Shown here in pieces: positions 1 to 10,491 of a stretch of DNA of 64,000 bases. The stretch spans positions 248,001 to 312,000 of the forward strand of contig OW569347.1 of NCBI GenBank assembly GCA_937625935.1, written 5' to 3'. Position 1 is the stretch's first letter; every line of letters starts with the position of its first letter. The DNA comes from Tetramitus jugosus (taxonomy: Eukaryota > Protista > Heterolobosea). Under the pieces are notes generated by a model. It ran no database searches. It saw only the letters and a list, made by a program, of their open reading frames with translations, and had not been told where the DNA came from. Position numbers and translations under genes: made by a program.

Positions 1-273
1 TGGGCATTGACCAATCTGAAATTGGCCTTCACATTCAGGCAAGGGTGTGAAATCCATCTGTTGTTGTTGGTAGTGGGAAAAGCTTGGAGCCATGGAACAA
101 TGGTTGTTGTTATTGTCGTTCTTAGTAGTTTTGGTTTTGTTCTTGCTCTTTGAATGCGAGTGAACTTGAACATCAGATGATGATTGAGATGACGCTTGTT
201 CACGTGCAGGAACCTTCCTTGTTCGAGGTGGAACTTTTTGATTCTTTTCGATTGGTGTGGGCTTTTTGGTCAT
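1..273 (-). CDS. 5' part of a hypothetical protein running off the window edge
   Basis: Read manually: ATG at 273, 91 open codons (MTKKPTPIEK...QQQQMDFTPLPECEGQFQIGQCP) to position 1. Confidence 0.55.
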   Translation of the reverse strand, partial: MTKKPTPIEKNQKVPPRTRKVPAREQASSQSSSDVQVHSHSKSKNKTKTTKNDNNNNHCSMAPSFSHYQQQQMDFTPLPECEGQFQIGQCP

Positions 274-660
274 GTTGGGGAAATGATGAGGTGGTGAATG
301 GGCCACGTGTACCGAAGAATGGTTGTTGGTTTTGTTTGTTTGTTGGATTGGTTGGTTGTTTTGAAATCGTGTCACTCAATGGAAGAGATGGAAAGGTATT
401 CTACTCGAGTATCACTAACACAGTGGGTGATGTGATCATGATAGGGGCAAGCGATCGCATTGGAGGCAGGTTATTGTGATCTCTCTGACAATGACCCCCG
501 CTCCGTTCCATCATCCCTCGACTGCGGCGTAGCATACATACACACCATAAATGGAATAGTACGAACAAGAACAGAAAAACGGATCAGATTACAATTGTGC
601 TTTAGCGTGATGGTATTTAAGCTTTTACATGAGATTTCACATTGCTGCTACAGATCTCCA

Positions 661-1419
661 TTAATGAATTTCGCTATTATCAGGCAAATCACACACAATA
701 TCACCCTTGCTTGTGACCAGATCCCATGAAGCATACTTTGGCTTTCCATTGTTTGTCTTCAAAAGACTCACAATCTTTTCCCATTGCTTTGGTGGGCACT
801 TGTCTGGTGCATCAGTAATCTCTGCTTCTTCTCCTCTCAAGTAGACTCTGTCTCCTGGTTCGGATCCCTCTGGTGGACTCAATAGCTTTACACTTTCACC
901 GTGAGAACCTGCCAATAGCATTGCACTTGACTCAATACCTCTGAGCTTAGCTGGCTTGAGGTTGATGATGCTGCAAACGAGCTTACCTTCCAACTCTTCT
1001 GCCTTGTAGTACTTGAATAGACCTGCAACTACAGTTCTTTCTTGTCCATTGCCTAGATCAGCCTTCAACACGAACATGCTATCTACAATATCAAGCAACA
1101 ATACAAATGAACATTAGCGGATGAATTCTGCATGAGCTTTTGGCGCGCGAAAAAAATTGTGAAAAAAAAACGTACCAGCTTGTGGGTGCTTGGCCACACT
1201 GTGAATTCTAACAACTTGAATGTGAGCATTTTGGAAGACGGCAATATCAGGATTAGATGACTTTTTTGGTGCAGCAGGTTTTTGTTCCTTCTTTGGTTGT
1301 GGTTGTTTCTTCTTTGGTGCCTGTTGTTGTGGAGTGTTGGTGGTGGATGTAGTAGTTACGTTCGACTGGACGAATGCAATGATTCGGTCCAACTCTGCAA
1401 TCGATTGATCAAAAGCCAT
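661..1419 (-). CDS. tRNA-binding OB-fold protein (Arc1p/AIMP1/EMAP-II C-domain-like), 2 exons
   Basis: HPQA|DSMFVL join across intron 1175-1083 (GTACGT...GTAG); RTVVAGL, NLKPAKLRGIESSAMLL and PPEGSEPGDRV motifs. Confidence 0.9.
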
Positions 1420-1480
1420 GTTGTTTCTCTGTGTTTGTTTTAGTGCGTTTTTGCTTGAATTCTAAATCACCGACTAGTTT

Positions 1481-1623
1481 ACTCCGGACCTGATGAGTCG
1501 TGGAAGAATACAACCAACACAACTCCACATAAATTGTACCATAGAGTGTCTCATACACATATGAACGAAGGAGGTGCACACCTAAGCTAAGTGGTGTCGC
1601 GGACTACTCTGCCTGAAGGGAGT
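1481..1623 (+). ncRNA. possible box C/D RNA
   Basis: TGATGA 1491-1496, CTGA 1613-1616, terminal ACTCC/GGAGT stem; no rRNA guide recognised. Confidence 0.25.
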
Positions 1624-1846
1624 CGGATGTCAAAAAACAAAAAATAAAAACCAACAAACAATATCTCGCTCAACACAAGCTTTCTCCAGTGATTATACTC
1701 ATCCCACAGAAAACAAATATTTCATCTGAAGAACGAAACAACCAACTTTGATTGGTCACAGAGCGAGTTCTAAAAAAACAAAAACACTACTAACAAACAA
1801 ACCACGTTATTCTTCTTCGCTCGAAGTCGAAGCTTAACCAATTAAT

Positions 1847-2803
1847 ATGAACGATATTTATTTTTGGGAGGAATATGGAGTCACCATGTTCCACGTTCTC
1901 TACCCCATCAAGTACTTGCTTCTGAGCAAACGAATCATGACTTGTGTGAGCAAGGTTCCATCTGATGATGATGATGATAGTTGTATAGAGAGTAGCTCTG
2001 GAGGTTCATTGCCAGAGAAGAAGCAGTCATCTCAGCCCAGACGCCTCGGATATCGTAAAATTCCATTCATTACCGCATTTTTCATGCTTATGCTATTGGG
2101 TGAGGGTGGTGGTTCACTGGGTCGTATTCTGACGGGACAACGTGTCGGAGTTTTTGAGAACGATTACAAGATTCATGTTCTGGTGGCTGTGTGGTCGTTG
2201 TTGAATTATGTGCTACCAGAGTTTATCGTATTGTTTTTGTTTGATTGGTTGAATGCAAGTCCGTGGAACTTGTTGCTGGTGTTGCCTCACGAGTTTAGAA
2301 GAGGTATGGCACTGTGTTCTCTCTTGGCTTCGTACAAGAAGCAAATAGGGGATCAATCTTGGATCGCGCCCATAGTGCTTGCTGCACTGGGAGCTTGTTT
2401 GGGCAGTTTTACGTTCAGTACACTTCGATTCGGAGTGTTGTTGAATCATGAGGAAAGATTGAATGAGTACAGGGAGTTCAAGGAGTTGGTGAGTCAAAAG
2501 AAAAGACCCACGACTCCTTTTGAACACATTCCATTCAAAGTTCTCTATCCTTTCATTTGTTCATTTGTATATTCCATCGTTGCATACGATTTTGGGTACA
2601 AATCATTCCATGTTGTACCACTAGGAATTGAGATTAGTACACGATTCATTGTGGCTTGTTCGTTTGTGGTCCTGGCAGTATGGCCCTATGTGACCTCGCT
2701 ATTCACCGCATTGAACAACAAGGGTGCAGCTCAGCAAGTAACTGCACAAGGTGCCATTGTATCAGAAGAGTCAATAAGCACCAACAAGACTAAGAGTGAC
2801 TGA
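1847..2803 (+). CDS. multi-pass membrane protein, TRIC/TMEM38-like cation channel
   Basis: Hydrophobic helices with LLGEGGGSLGRILTG and a second Gly-rich helix (ALGACLGS). Confidence 0.55.
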   Translation: MNDIYFWEEYGVTMFHVLYPIKYLLLSKRIMTCVSKVPSDDDDDSCIESSSGGSLPEKKQSSQPRRLGYRKIPFITAFFMLMLLGEGGGSLGRILTGQRVGVFENDYKIHVLVAVWSLLNYVLPEFIVLFLFDWLNASPWNLLLVLPHEFRRGMALCSLLASYKKQIGDQSWIAPIVLAALGACLGSFTFSTLRFGVLLNHEERLNEYREFKELVSQKKRPTTPFEHIPFKVLYPFICSFVYSIVAYDFGYKSFHVVPLGIEISTRFIVACSFVVLAVWPYVTSLFTALNNKGAAQQVTAQGAIVSEESISTNKTKSD

Positions 2804-2994
2804 CCAAAACCATTCACGTCTTAAGTATTTAATTACTGTAATGTAAAACACACGATTTGTCAAACACGACATGCATGTTGCGACATGGTTCTTCGAGGCG
2901 CCAAAAATAACTTACGAAACTTGCGATTCATCTTCGTCGCTTTTGCTTCCGAAGCAGCACAATCAACAAGCAGCAAAAAACAAATCAACACACC

Positions 2995-3974
2995 ATGTCG
3001 GATCAACTACTAGATTTTGGTGAAGATCACCACCCTACAGCTCTTACCCCCACCATTACAACAACAACAACTCATGATCCATCACACCAACAGCAACAGC
3101 AAACAAACACTACAGCGACTGTTCATCATCCTTTTCGAACAGAAATCACAAATCTTCAACAAAAGATTCACAGATTACAGAATGAACTGTATTCTCTCAG
3201 ATTCTATCATGCAGTTGATGATGTGAACGAATGGAGAGAAGAGATTAGAGTATGTTGTTGACCTGCCTTGTAAATTTATTTATAGAAATCGAAAATCTCA
3301 CCTCTTCCATCTAATCGAATCTGCAGAAAAAGTTGACACTGCTCAGACGAATGGAAGATGAGTTATCAGAGCTGAGAATAGAAGAAATGAGGCAGTTCAA
3401 GAGAGATTTGGATCTCGCATCGATTGAGGGATTGGAAGCTCTGATTGAATTGCCTGTTGTTGCCACTTCATCGAGTCAAGGTATCATTGGTGGACGAAAA
3501 CGAATTGACAGTTTCAAGGGAAAGAGCACACTGTCGACCTCAGTGTCTTCTTCTTCACTGTTGGAGAGTCGCCAAAGAAAAAGAAGCAACAGTAACCTTA
3601 GTACGAGCAGTATCACTAGCGGCACTAGCACTGGTGAACACAATGGGTTGAAAAAATGGTCAAGCGTAATCGCAGTGGCAACAGCTGCCAACAAGTGGAA
3701 GAACACTTGGGAGACAAACAAGATGAATCGCGCACAGAACATATTGACAGATGGAGAAAAGAGTCCTACGTCTCAACTCACCAAGGATCAAATTTTAGAG
3801 CTACGATCGACCCTGTTTCGATTAAAACAAAAGAAACAGTTGACCCTGAAGGAAAAGTTGTTGATGGAGAGTTTGTCCAATCGATTAAGGAACTTAGACA
3901 AGCACCTGATCGATCGAAGTGTGTCCAGGCGTTACTTGGATGAAATGGATTCAGATGATGAACAACTGGAATAA
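2995..3974 (+). CDS. hypothetical coiled-coil protein, 2 exons
   Basis: Phase-0 intron 3250-3326 (GTATGT...CTAAT...GCAG) joins the two ORFs in frame. Confidence 0.7.
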
Positions 3975-4025
3975 AAACACAACATTCAGATTGATATAAA
4001 TCTTTAATTTATGCATAAAGCCTCT

Positions 4026-4574
4026 TTAATCTCCTTCATATTCAACCATGGTGAAAACCTTGTGGGTGAGCTTTTCTCTTCCCTTCAAAGCAGGCAATTC
4101 AACAATGCATGCAGTCTCCACAACTGTACCACCAACCTTCTCAATCAAATTGCAAGCAGCCTCCAATGTGCCTCCAGTAGCAATCAAATCATCAATGACA
4201 ACCACTCTCTGTCCAGCAGAAACAGCATCAGTGTGAATCTCAATCGTATCTGTGCCATATTCCAAGTCATAGCTATACTGAACGACATCACCAGGTAACT
4301 TTCCCTTTTTTCTGACCATGATGAAACCAATGCCCAATCGCAATGCGATGGCAGGTCCAAGAACGAAACCTCTAGCTTCGACGCCGGCAATGAGGTCAAT
4401 TGGATTTTCATTGTGAATCTTTTGGAAGTGATCCACAAACACATCAATCACAATTCTGAGGCCTTCAGGGTCCTTGAGCAGAGAAGAAACGTCTCTGAAC
4501 ATGATTCCAGTCTTTGGAAAATCAGGGATCGTTCTAATCTTGTCCTTGATGAGTTGAAGTCTTGGGTCAGCCAT
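4026..4574 (-). CDS. APRT: adenine phosphoribosyltransferase
   Basis: IPDFPKTGIMFRD, GVEARGF, RKKGKLPG, LEYG and the PRPP motif VVVIDDLIATGGT. Confidence 0.97.
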   Translation of the reverse strand: MADPRLQLIKDKIRTIPDFPKTGIMFRDVSSLLKDPEGLRIVIDVFVDHFQKIHNENPIDLIAGVEARGFVLGPAIALRLGIGFIMVRKKGKLPGDVVQYSYDLEYGTDTIEIHTDAVSAGQRVVVIDDLIATGGTLEAACNLIEKVGGTVVETACIVELPALKGREKLTHKVFTMVEYEGD

Positions 4575-4650
4575 TATTCGTTAGTAGAGATATATCTGGT
4601 TTCGTTTTGTTTTGGTTTTCATCGGACTATCTCACATCAATTTTGAGTGA

Positions 4651-5223
4651 ATGTTCAACCGTATCGTGGAATCTTCAAGAAATTTGAGCAAAAAAAAATC
4701 AAAGACGAACAATATCCTTTTCACACGAGGTTCATTCACATATAATAGATTAAGATCAACACTACCGACCATGCCAAAGCAATTCAAATCAGAGATTATC
4801 AACTTTAAAAAGGAACAATCGTTACGGGAGCGTGAACTGACCTTAAAAGCCAAAAATTATGTGGAAGCATTGGCACGCCATGTCGCATCGACTGACCGAA
4901 CAAACATGAGACATTTGTTATCCGAAGAATCAACATCGAACAATACGGCCATGAGTGATTTATTGCACCGAGTGTTGCGAACCAGCGTTGAGAAGCAATT
5001 ACAGAAACACAAGGATTTGAAGAGTGAAATTTTGAATCAGTCGGCAACCTATACAGAATATCTCGTGCTATGCATGAAGAAGGAATTGAACGAACAATCA
5101 ACGCATGGACAAGGAAAGGCCACATTGAATAACATTCAAATGATAAAGGCTGACGAGTTTAGTGAAGATGAATTAACGTTGATTGCCAATGATATGACGA
5201 CGAATAAAAATCTCACATTTTAA
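4651..5223 (+). CDS. hypothetical helical protein (start may be ATG 4771)
   Basis: 190-aa ORF filling the gap between known genes; no family recognised. Confidence 0.6.
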   Translation: MFNRIVESSRNLSKKKSKTNNILFTRGSFTYNRLRSTLPTMPKQFKSEIINFKKEQSLRERELTLKAKNYVEALARHVASTDRTNMRHLLSEESTSNNTAMSDLLHRVLRTSVEKQLQKHKDLKSEILNQSATYTEYLVLCMKKELNEQSTHGQGKATLNNIQMIKADEFSEDELTLIANDMTTNKNLTF

Positions 5224-5338
5224 AGTGATATTGTGCGTAAGATGTAAACGTGCTCTATTATGTAAGTTTATTTGTAGCTATGATAGACGGATGATGGTTT
5301 GTTGATGATCATGCAATCATTCACCTGTACATGAATGA

Positions 5339-6667
5339 TTATTCATCGGACATGGCACCACTACCTTCATCGTCCATTGATTCGTCATCTTCGTATTCTT
5401 CGTTGCCATCGTCAACTGCATGAATACCATCTTGATCCTCATCCAATTCACCCAATTGTTCCATCTTTTCTCTCTGTAACTTCTCTTCAATCATCTTATT
5501 GTACAGACACATGTTGATTTGATGTTCCTTTTGTGCTAGGAACCGAACCTTGTTCCGCTCTCGTGTCACCAGTGGATGATAATAACCGGAAATGATGTCA
5601 CCAATCATTCTGTGCTTATCATTGCCAAAATGATAATTTTCACCACTGAGTAATCGTCTCACATTATCATTCATCTTGAGTTCTTGATGCTCATTCAATG
5701 TCGCACTACTACCACTACCACTACCACTACTCAAAATGGCAGTATTGTTAGTGTTAGTCGTCGTCTGATTGGTCGTACTACTGCTCGTTGCATTCGTCGT
5801 CGTTGACAATTGACTTTTTCCAGTAGTAGGTGGCAACACTGGCAAGAAACGCTTCAAAAAACTTCGTTCCGTATCAGTCAACAAATCTCTCCAAGTGTGA
5901 ACCGATAGAATAGAGTCTAGTATACATGGATCGAGCATTGCATCCACTGGCAACATTAAATTATATCCCTGTATCGTACATGGTTCATATTCTGTAACTT
6001 GTACGATATCATCATAATCCTGCTGCTCTTGTTCTTGTTCTTGTTGTTGTTTGTTTAACGAGTTACCATTCAAATGCAATTGTGCATGTGATTGTTGTCC
6101 TTCATGATGACGAAGATGACCATTTGGTTCTTCGTGATGAATATTGGGAGTTGATGATGCATTATTGTTGTGGTTGTTATCAGTCAATTGATCATACACA
6201 ATTTCTTCATGTCTCATGTGAGTGAATAGTGGTCCTAGAACACTGGTGCGCAATGTTTCTTCTCTGTCTCGTTTCTCATAAAACAGTGCCGGTGGATACA
6301 CAGTCGTTGATGATGATGATGATGTTTTCTTGTTGTGAGAATCACCGGTAGTTGTTGTTGTTGTTGTTGTCAAAGCAGCACCGGTAGTTGTTGCATCGTG
6401 ATCATCCTCTACATTTTCTGATGAATCATAAAAATAATTGTTGTTCTTGGGATTGTCATAGTAATCTTCGACTGAGATGAGGGAAGAGGCGTGTGACGAC
6501 GACGATGATGATTTTTTGGAGGGTCTTTTGTTGGATGATGATTTGTTGGCGTGTGATGATGATGATTTGGAACCTCCTCCGCGTTTGGAGCTTGTTGTTG
6601 TTGTTTTGGCAGATTTTGAGCTGGTGGTAGCAGCACTGTTGGATGATCCTCCTCTTTTGCGTTTCAT
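5339..6667 (-). CDS. DEUBAD-domain protein (NFRKB/INO80G- or ASX-like)
   Basis: ILSVHTWRDLLTDTERSFLKRFLP...LLSGENYHFGN...ISGYYHP; basic N-terminus (MKRKR), acidic tail. Confidence 0.75.
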   Translation of the reverse strand: MKRKRGGSSNSAATTSSKSAKTTTTSSKRGGGSKSSSSHANKSSSNKRPSKKSSSSSSHASSLISVEDYYDNPKNNNYFYDSSENVEDDHDATTTGAALTTTTTTTTGDSHNKKTSSSSSTTVYPPALFYEKRDREETLRTSVLGPLFTHMRHEEIVYDQLTDNNHNNNASSTPNIHHEEPNGHLRHHEGQQSHAQLHLNGNSLNKQQQEQEQEQQDYDDIVQVTEYEPCTIQGYNLMLPVDAMLDPCILDSILSVHTWRDLLTDTERSFLKRFLPVLPPTTGKSQLSTTTNATSSSTTNQTTTNTNNTAILSSGSGSGSSATLNEHQELKMNDNVRRLLSGENYHFGNDKHRMIGDIISGYYHPLVTRERNKVRFLAQKEHQINMCLYNKMIEEKLQREKMEQLGELDEDQDGIHAVDDGNEEYEDDESMDDEGSGAMSDE

Positions 6668-6873
6668 GTCTTTTTTATTGGTGTGGTTTTTGATTTCAAG
6701 GAAGGACAAAATTCATTCCCCGTTTCATGCATCCAGTAATGTCTGTCTTACAGTATCAAAAAAGAGCCAGAGGTAGAATCTTCAGAAGTGATACTAAACT
6801 ATCGTTCTGATTTTCTGAGTCGAGGCCATTATCCAATATTCTCTTGTCAATGTCGTACAAGTCAAAAGTCTGT

Positions 6874-7239
6874 TCATAACGCAACAAATCTCACCACATC
6901 TACAGACATTACATCCTCTGAAGAGCTCAGAAATTCCTCTATATCGTCCAACCACACCATCGTATCCACCACAGTACAAGTACACTCCAACAAGTACAAG
7001 GAGTATGCCACCAAGCACTTTTCGAACGAGGTCCATACTAATCCATCGGTCTTCTTACCTTCAATAAATGCTATGATTTGGTCCAAATCTGTATCTTCAT
7101 CCCATGGCCTCACTCTGTAGGTCACGGATGACTTGAGTTGTTGTTGGTTCATTTTTTGTGCTTCTATTGTTTCAAGTTCGACTCTGTTTGTTCTTCTCAC
7201 CAAGGGCGAAGACGATGAATTCTGAGAAACGATCCACAT
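6874..7239 (-). CDS. divergent EF1-beta/delta GEF-domain protein
   Basis: KSSVTYRVRPWDEDTDL...DGLVW...VAY...VMSVDV; start uncertain. Confidence 0.8.
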   Translation of the reverse strand: MWIVSQNSSSSPLVRRTNRVELETIEAQKMNQQQLKSSVTYRVRPWDEDTDLDQIIAFIEGKKTDGLVWTSFEKCLVAYSLYLLECTCTVVDTMVWLDDIEEFLSSSEDVMSVDVVRFVAL

Positions 7240-7505
7240 TAATTAAACACTCTGAACCTGACGAGAAACAAGGTATCCAACAATTGTCATTAGTAAGTCG
7301 GCAACCGCAACATTGGTTGACATCGTTCTCGTTGTATTCGGATTCCAACTATTGTAAAGTTTCTGCGACTAAGCAGTTTATTTTTGGGTTTGGTTCCACA
7401 GCTTGATCATGAAACATGAAGAGCAGCGAAAAACAACAACAAAAAATCCACAAAGAACAACAGAGTTACCCATTTGTACACTACATATTTTAAACAAAAG
7501 AAAAA

Positions 7506-9044
7506 ATGGTAAAGGGTATGTATTCTCAGAGCATGTGTATCATTGATCGCCTTAGAAACTAACACAAACAAACTTTCTGATCCCAAATTCCATCTTTTTC
7601 CACACATTCAATTTCCGTGGATCAATAAATAGTTCAAGTAAAATGGAATAAGCAATCATTTGACAATGTAGAGCTCTCTCAATTTAGCAAAGGAGGCGAT
7701 TTCAAGGCTCACTTCTCTCAATTGACTGGTGTTCCGTTGGATCGATTGAAGGTGATGGGACTCGGTGCTGGTCTATTGAAAGACGATGTCGATATTTCAT
7801 CGCTAAAGGTCAAAGAGAACGCACAAGTAAAATTGTTGGGTACTGCTGAAGTGTTGGTGGAACCACAGGAAAAGACAGTGTTCGCAGAAGATATTGCCGG
7901 AGATGAAAATGCAGATGCAATTATGAACAGCTACAGTGCAGGTTTGGTCAACATGGGCAATACTTGCTACGCCAATGCATCGCTTCAATCATTGAGAATT
8001 ATTCCAGAGTTGAGAGACGAGTTGAACAAGTATCAGGGTGCTTCGAGCAGCCAAAACGATTTGAGTGAGTCTATTACGGCATCGCTGAGAGACTTGTTGA
8101 AAGATATGGACAAGTCAAACAGCGATGGTGTCAGACCATTCCAATTCTTGAATGCATTCAGACGTGCATATCCTCAGTTTGATGAGAAGACATCAACACC
8201 AATGGGTGACGTTCATGCACAACAGGATGCAGATGAGTTCTTGACCTCTTTGCTCAACACATTGGCTCAAAGATTGGGAGGATCTTCTTCATCCAGTGAG
8301 AACACGATCGGCAAGTTGTTTAGAGGAAAATTGGAGACTACACTACAATGCACAGAAGCAGAAGAACCAGTGACTACCAGCACTGAAGACTTCCAAAAAC
8401 TGTCATGTCACATCTCCCAACAAACCAACAACTTGTTTGCTGGTGTGGAACAGAGTTTGGTGGGCACTGTCGAGAAGAATTCACCTACCCTGAATCGTGA
8501 TGCTCTCTATCAAAAGACTCAAAAGATCTCAAAGTTGCCACCCTATTTGATTGTGAACTTTGTTCGTTTCTTCTGGAAGGCAAAGGAGCAGGTGAAGGCC
8601 AAGGTGCTCAGAGATGTCAAGTTCCCAACTGTCTTCGACGTCTATGATTTCTGTACAGAGGACTACAAGAAGGAATTGAGCGAGAAGAGAGAGGAGCTCA
8701 GGAGGATCAAGGAAGAAAAGATTATGAGCAAGCAATCTGACGAACCACGGGAGAAGAAGCAAAAGATGGATGATGTTGAGACTGAAAACGCAGAAAAGAA
8801 GTCATTGACTGACACTCCTGATACAGCATGGTATGAATTGTGCGGTGTTGTGACTCACAAGGGCAGAACAGCCAACTCTGGTCACTACGTTGGCTGGGTA
8901 AAGTCTGACAATGGTCGCTGGTTGAAGTTTGATGATGATGAAGTATCAGAAGTAACAGAGGAGGATGTCAAGAAGCTCTCTGGTGGTGGAGACTGGCATA
9001 TTGCCAGTACTTTGTTGTACAGAAAGCTAAATGAAGCACCATAA
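7506..9044 (+). CDS. USP14: ubiquitin carboxyl-terminal hydrolase USP14/Ubp6
   Basis: 10-nt first exon plus intron 7516-7632 gives MVKVQVKW Ubl domain; GLVNMGNTCY, QQDADEF, HKGRTANSGHYVGW, LSGGGDWH. Confidence 0.95.
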
Positions 9045-9161
9045 ACACCTTACTAGACTTTTTCAATAGTCACTATCGATATCACATTTCATGCATTGTA
9101 TGGCTCAAAATTATTTTCACCGACTCACACAGACAGAGCTGTTGTGAAAAAACGAAATCAA

Positions 9162-10256
9162 ATGGTCAAGCGAAAACAACCAGAACAACAACCAAAAGCT
9201 GCTCCCTTGTCATCTTCAACGACCATAACCAACTCTGATGAAAACAAGGTTCAAAAACCGCACAAGACTCGCAAAAACAAACACACCAATCACTACAAGA
9301 GTCAAGTCTCACAGTACTTTGATGTTGTGAATCAGGAAGCAAAGAAAAAGGAACGTGACGCACCAGGTCTCTCCTTCTTCTCCAAGTGTCTCTTGTCTTC
9401 ATCATCATCATCATTGGTTGTTAAAAAATTGAAAAAGGGCGAAAAACCAACTGTTGAACAAGCATGGAAAAATCAACAATTGAGACAGTTGGGCTGGGGC
9501 AGTGATACCTTTTCGGATCGACCACTCTCAAGTGTGACTCGCGTGTGTCACTGTGAACTGTGTGAACTAAAGAGTGTCGTTGCTCAAAACGCCAAAAAGT
9601 GTTCAACTTTTGTCTTGTTGGATCTTGATAATTGGGGATGGAAGGACTGGAGTAGTGGCAACCGTCGTCGTCAGCATGTCCACAAGAATGATGACAATCA
9701 AAATGGGCAAAATGTGCATCAAGAAAATCGAACAGAGCTGCAGCAGTCATTGTCGTCGTTAAATGGAGTGTTTTGTTGGGCGTTTCATGGTGGTGGATTC
9801 GAACGGTATTTGCCCAGTGAACAAGACAAGGAACAATTTCAAAAGTGGAATATGCAGATTGAGAAGATGAACGAATCGAATAGTAGAAAAAAGTCATCAT
9901 TGCCGCAAAAGAGTGAGAAATCATTGCATGATCAGGACGAACAACAGTGCGTGTTTGAACATTTTATGCAGCGAAATGCTCTTCGGTTCTCGCCTAGTGG
10001 TTGGTCAGATCAGAGTGCAGATTTGGCCATTCGAAAAATGAGCAAGTTGTTGTTGCAAAAGGTGAATGTATGTGTGGTGACACGGGATGAGGATTTGAGA
10101 GTGGAGTGCGAAAGGAATCATGGCAAGCCTGATGAGGAAGTGTCAACCACAACGAACAAGAAGAAATTTTTATGCATTCGACCAAATGTTGTTGGGTATA
10201 ACAATGTCATGTCTCATTTGAAACAATTTGTTGCGGACGTTAATAAAGAGACATGA
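9162..10256 (+). CDS. PIN/NYN-like domain protein resembling the ZNF451 C-terminal PIN domain
   Basis: FVLLDLDNW, QSADLAI and VVTRDEDL acidic motifs; CHCELC upstream. Confidence 0.6.
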   Translation: MVKRKQPEQQPKAAPLSSSTTITNSDENKVQKPHKTRKNKHTNHYKSQVSQYFDVVNQEAKKKERDAPGLSFFSKCLLSSSSSSLVVKKLKKGEKPTVEQAWKNQQLRQLGWGSDTFSDRPLSSVTRVCHCELCELKSVVAQNAKKCSTFVLLDLDNWGWKDWSSGNRRRQHVHKNDDNQNGQNVHQENRTELQQSLSSLNGVFCWAFHGGGFERYLPSEQDKEQFQKWNMQIEKMNESNSRKKSSLPQKSEKSLHDQDEQQCVFEHFMQRNALRFSPSGWSDQSADLAIRKMSKLLLQKVNVCVVTRDEDLRVECERNHGKPDEEVSTTTNKKKFLCIRPNVVGYNNVMSHLKQFVADVNKET

Positions 10257-10342
10257 TAACTTAATGTATTGCTAAATTGCATTAACCGTTGTTTACGAGT
10301 GGTAAGAAATCATGAATTCCAAATACTAAGAGTTTTAGACAC

Positions 10343-10347
10343 AAAAA
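10343..10347 (-). terminator. Pol III T5 terminator of tRNA-Asn
   Basis: TTTTT on the minus strand 6 nt after the tRNA 3' end. Confidence 0.7.
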
Positions 10348-10353
10348 CGTGTT

Positions 10354-10426
10354 CTCCTCCAGTTGGGCTCGAACCAACGACCTGCAGGTTAACAGCCTGA
10401 CGCTCTACCAACTGAGCCATGGAGGA
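10354..10426 (-). tRNA. tRNA-Asn(GTT), intronless
   Basis: TCCTCCA/TGGAGGA acceptor stem, TGGCTCAGTTGG A-box, CAGG-CTGTTAA-CCTG anticodon arm, GGTTCGAGCCC T-arm, G73. Confidence 0.97.
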
Positions 10427-10491
10427 TCGGTATTCATGGTTCTTTTACTAGAGTATTTGAAACGGAATCATTCAACAAATTTGGTGAAGGA

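Noticed and set aside
1490-1570. Hammerhead ribozyme (CTGATGA core)
   Set aside because: No stem II followed by GAAA, and no matching stems I and III.
7250-7341. CTGACGAGAAAC hammerhead-like core and GACGAGAA/TTCTCGTT stems
   Set aside because: No room for stem II; the short stems could arise by chance in a promoter region.
10354-10426. Bacterial or organellar origin of tRNA-Asn (U1-A72, TCCTC start)
   Set aside because: It has eukaryotic A/B boxes, a T5 terminator and no encoded CCA; one base pair is not enough evidence.
10429-10457. U5 loop I-like TTCTTTTAC hairpin
   Set aside because: Two mismatches to the invariant GCCUUUUAC, a weak stem, and it abuts the tRNA 5' end.
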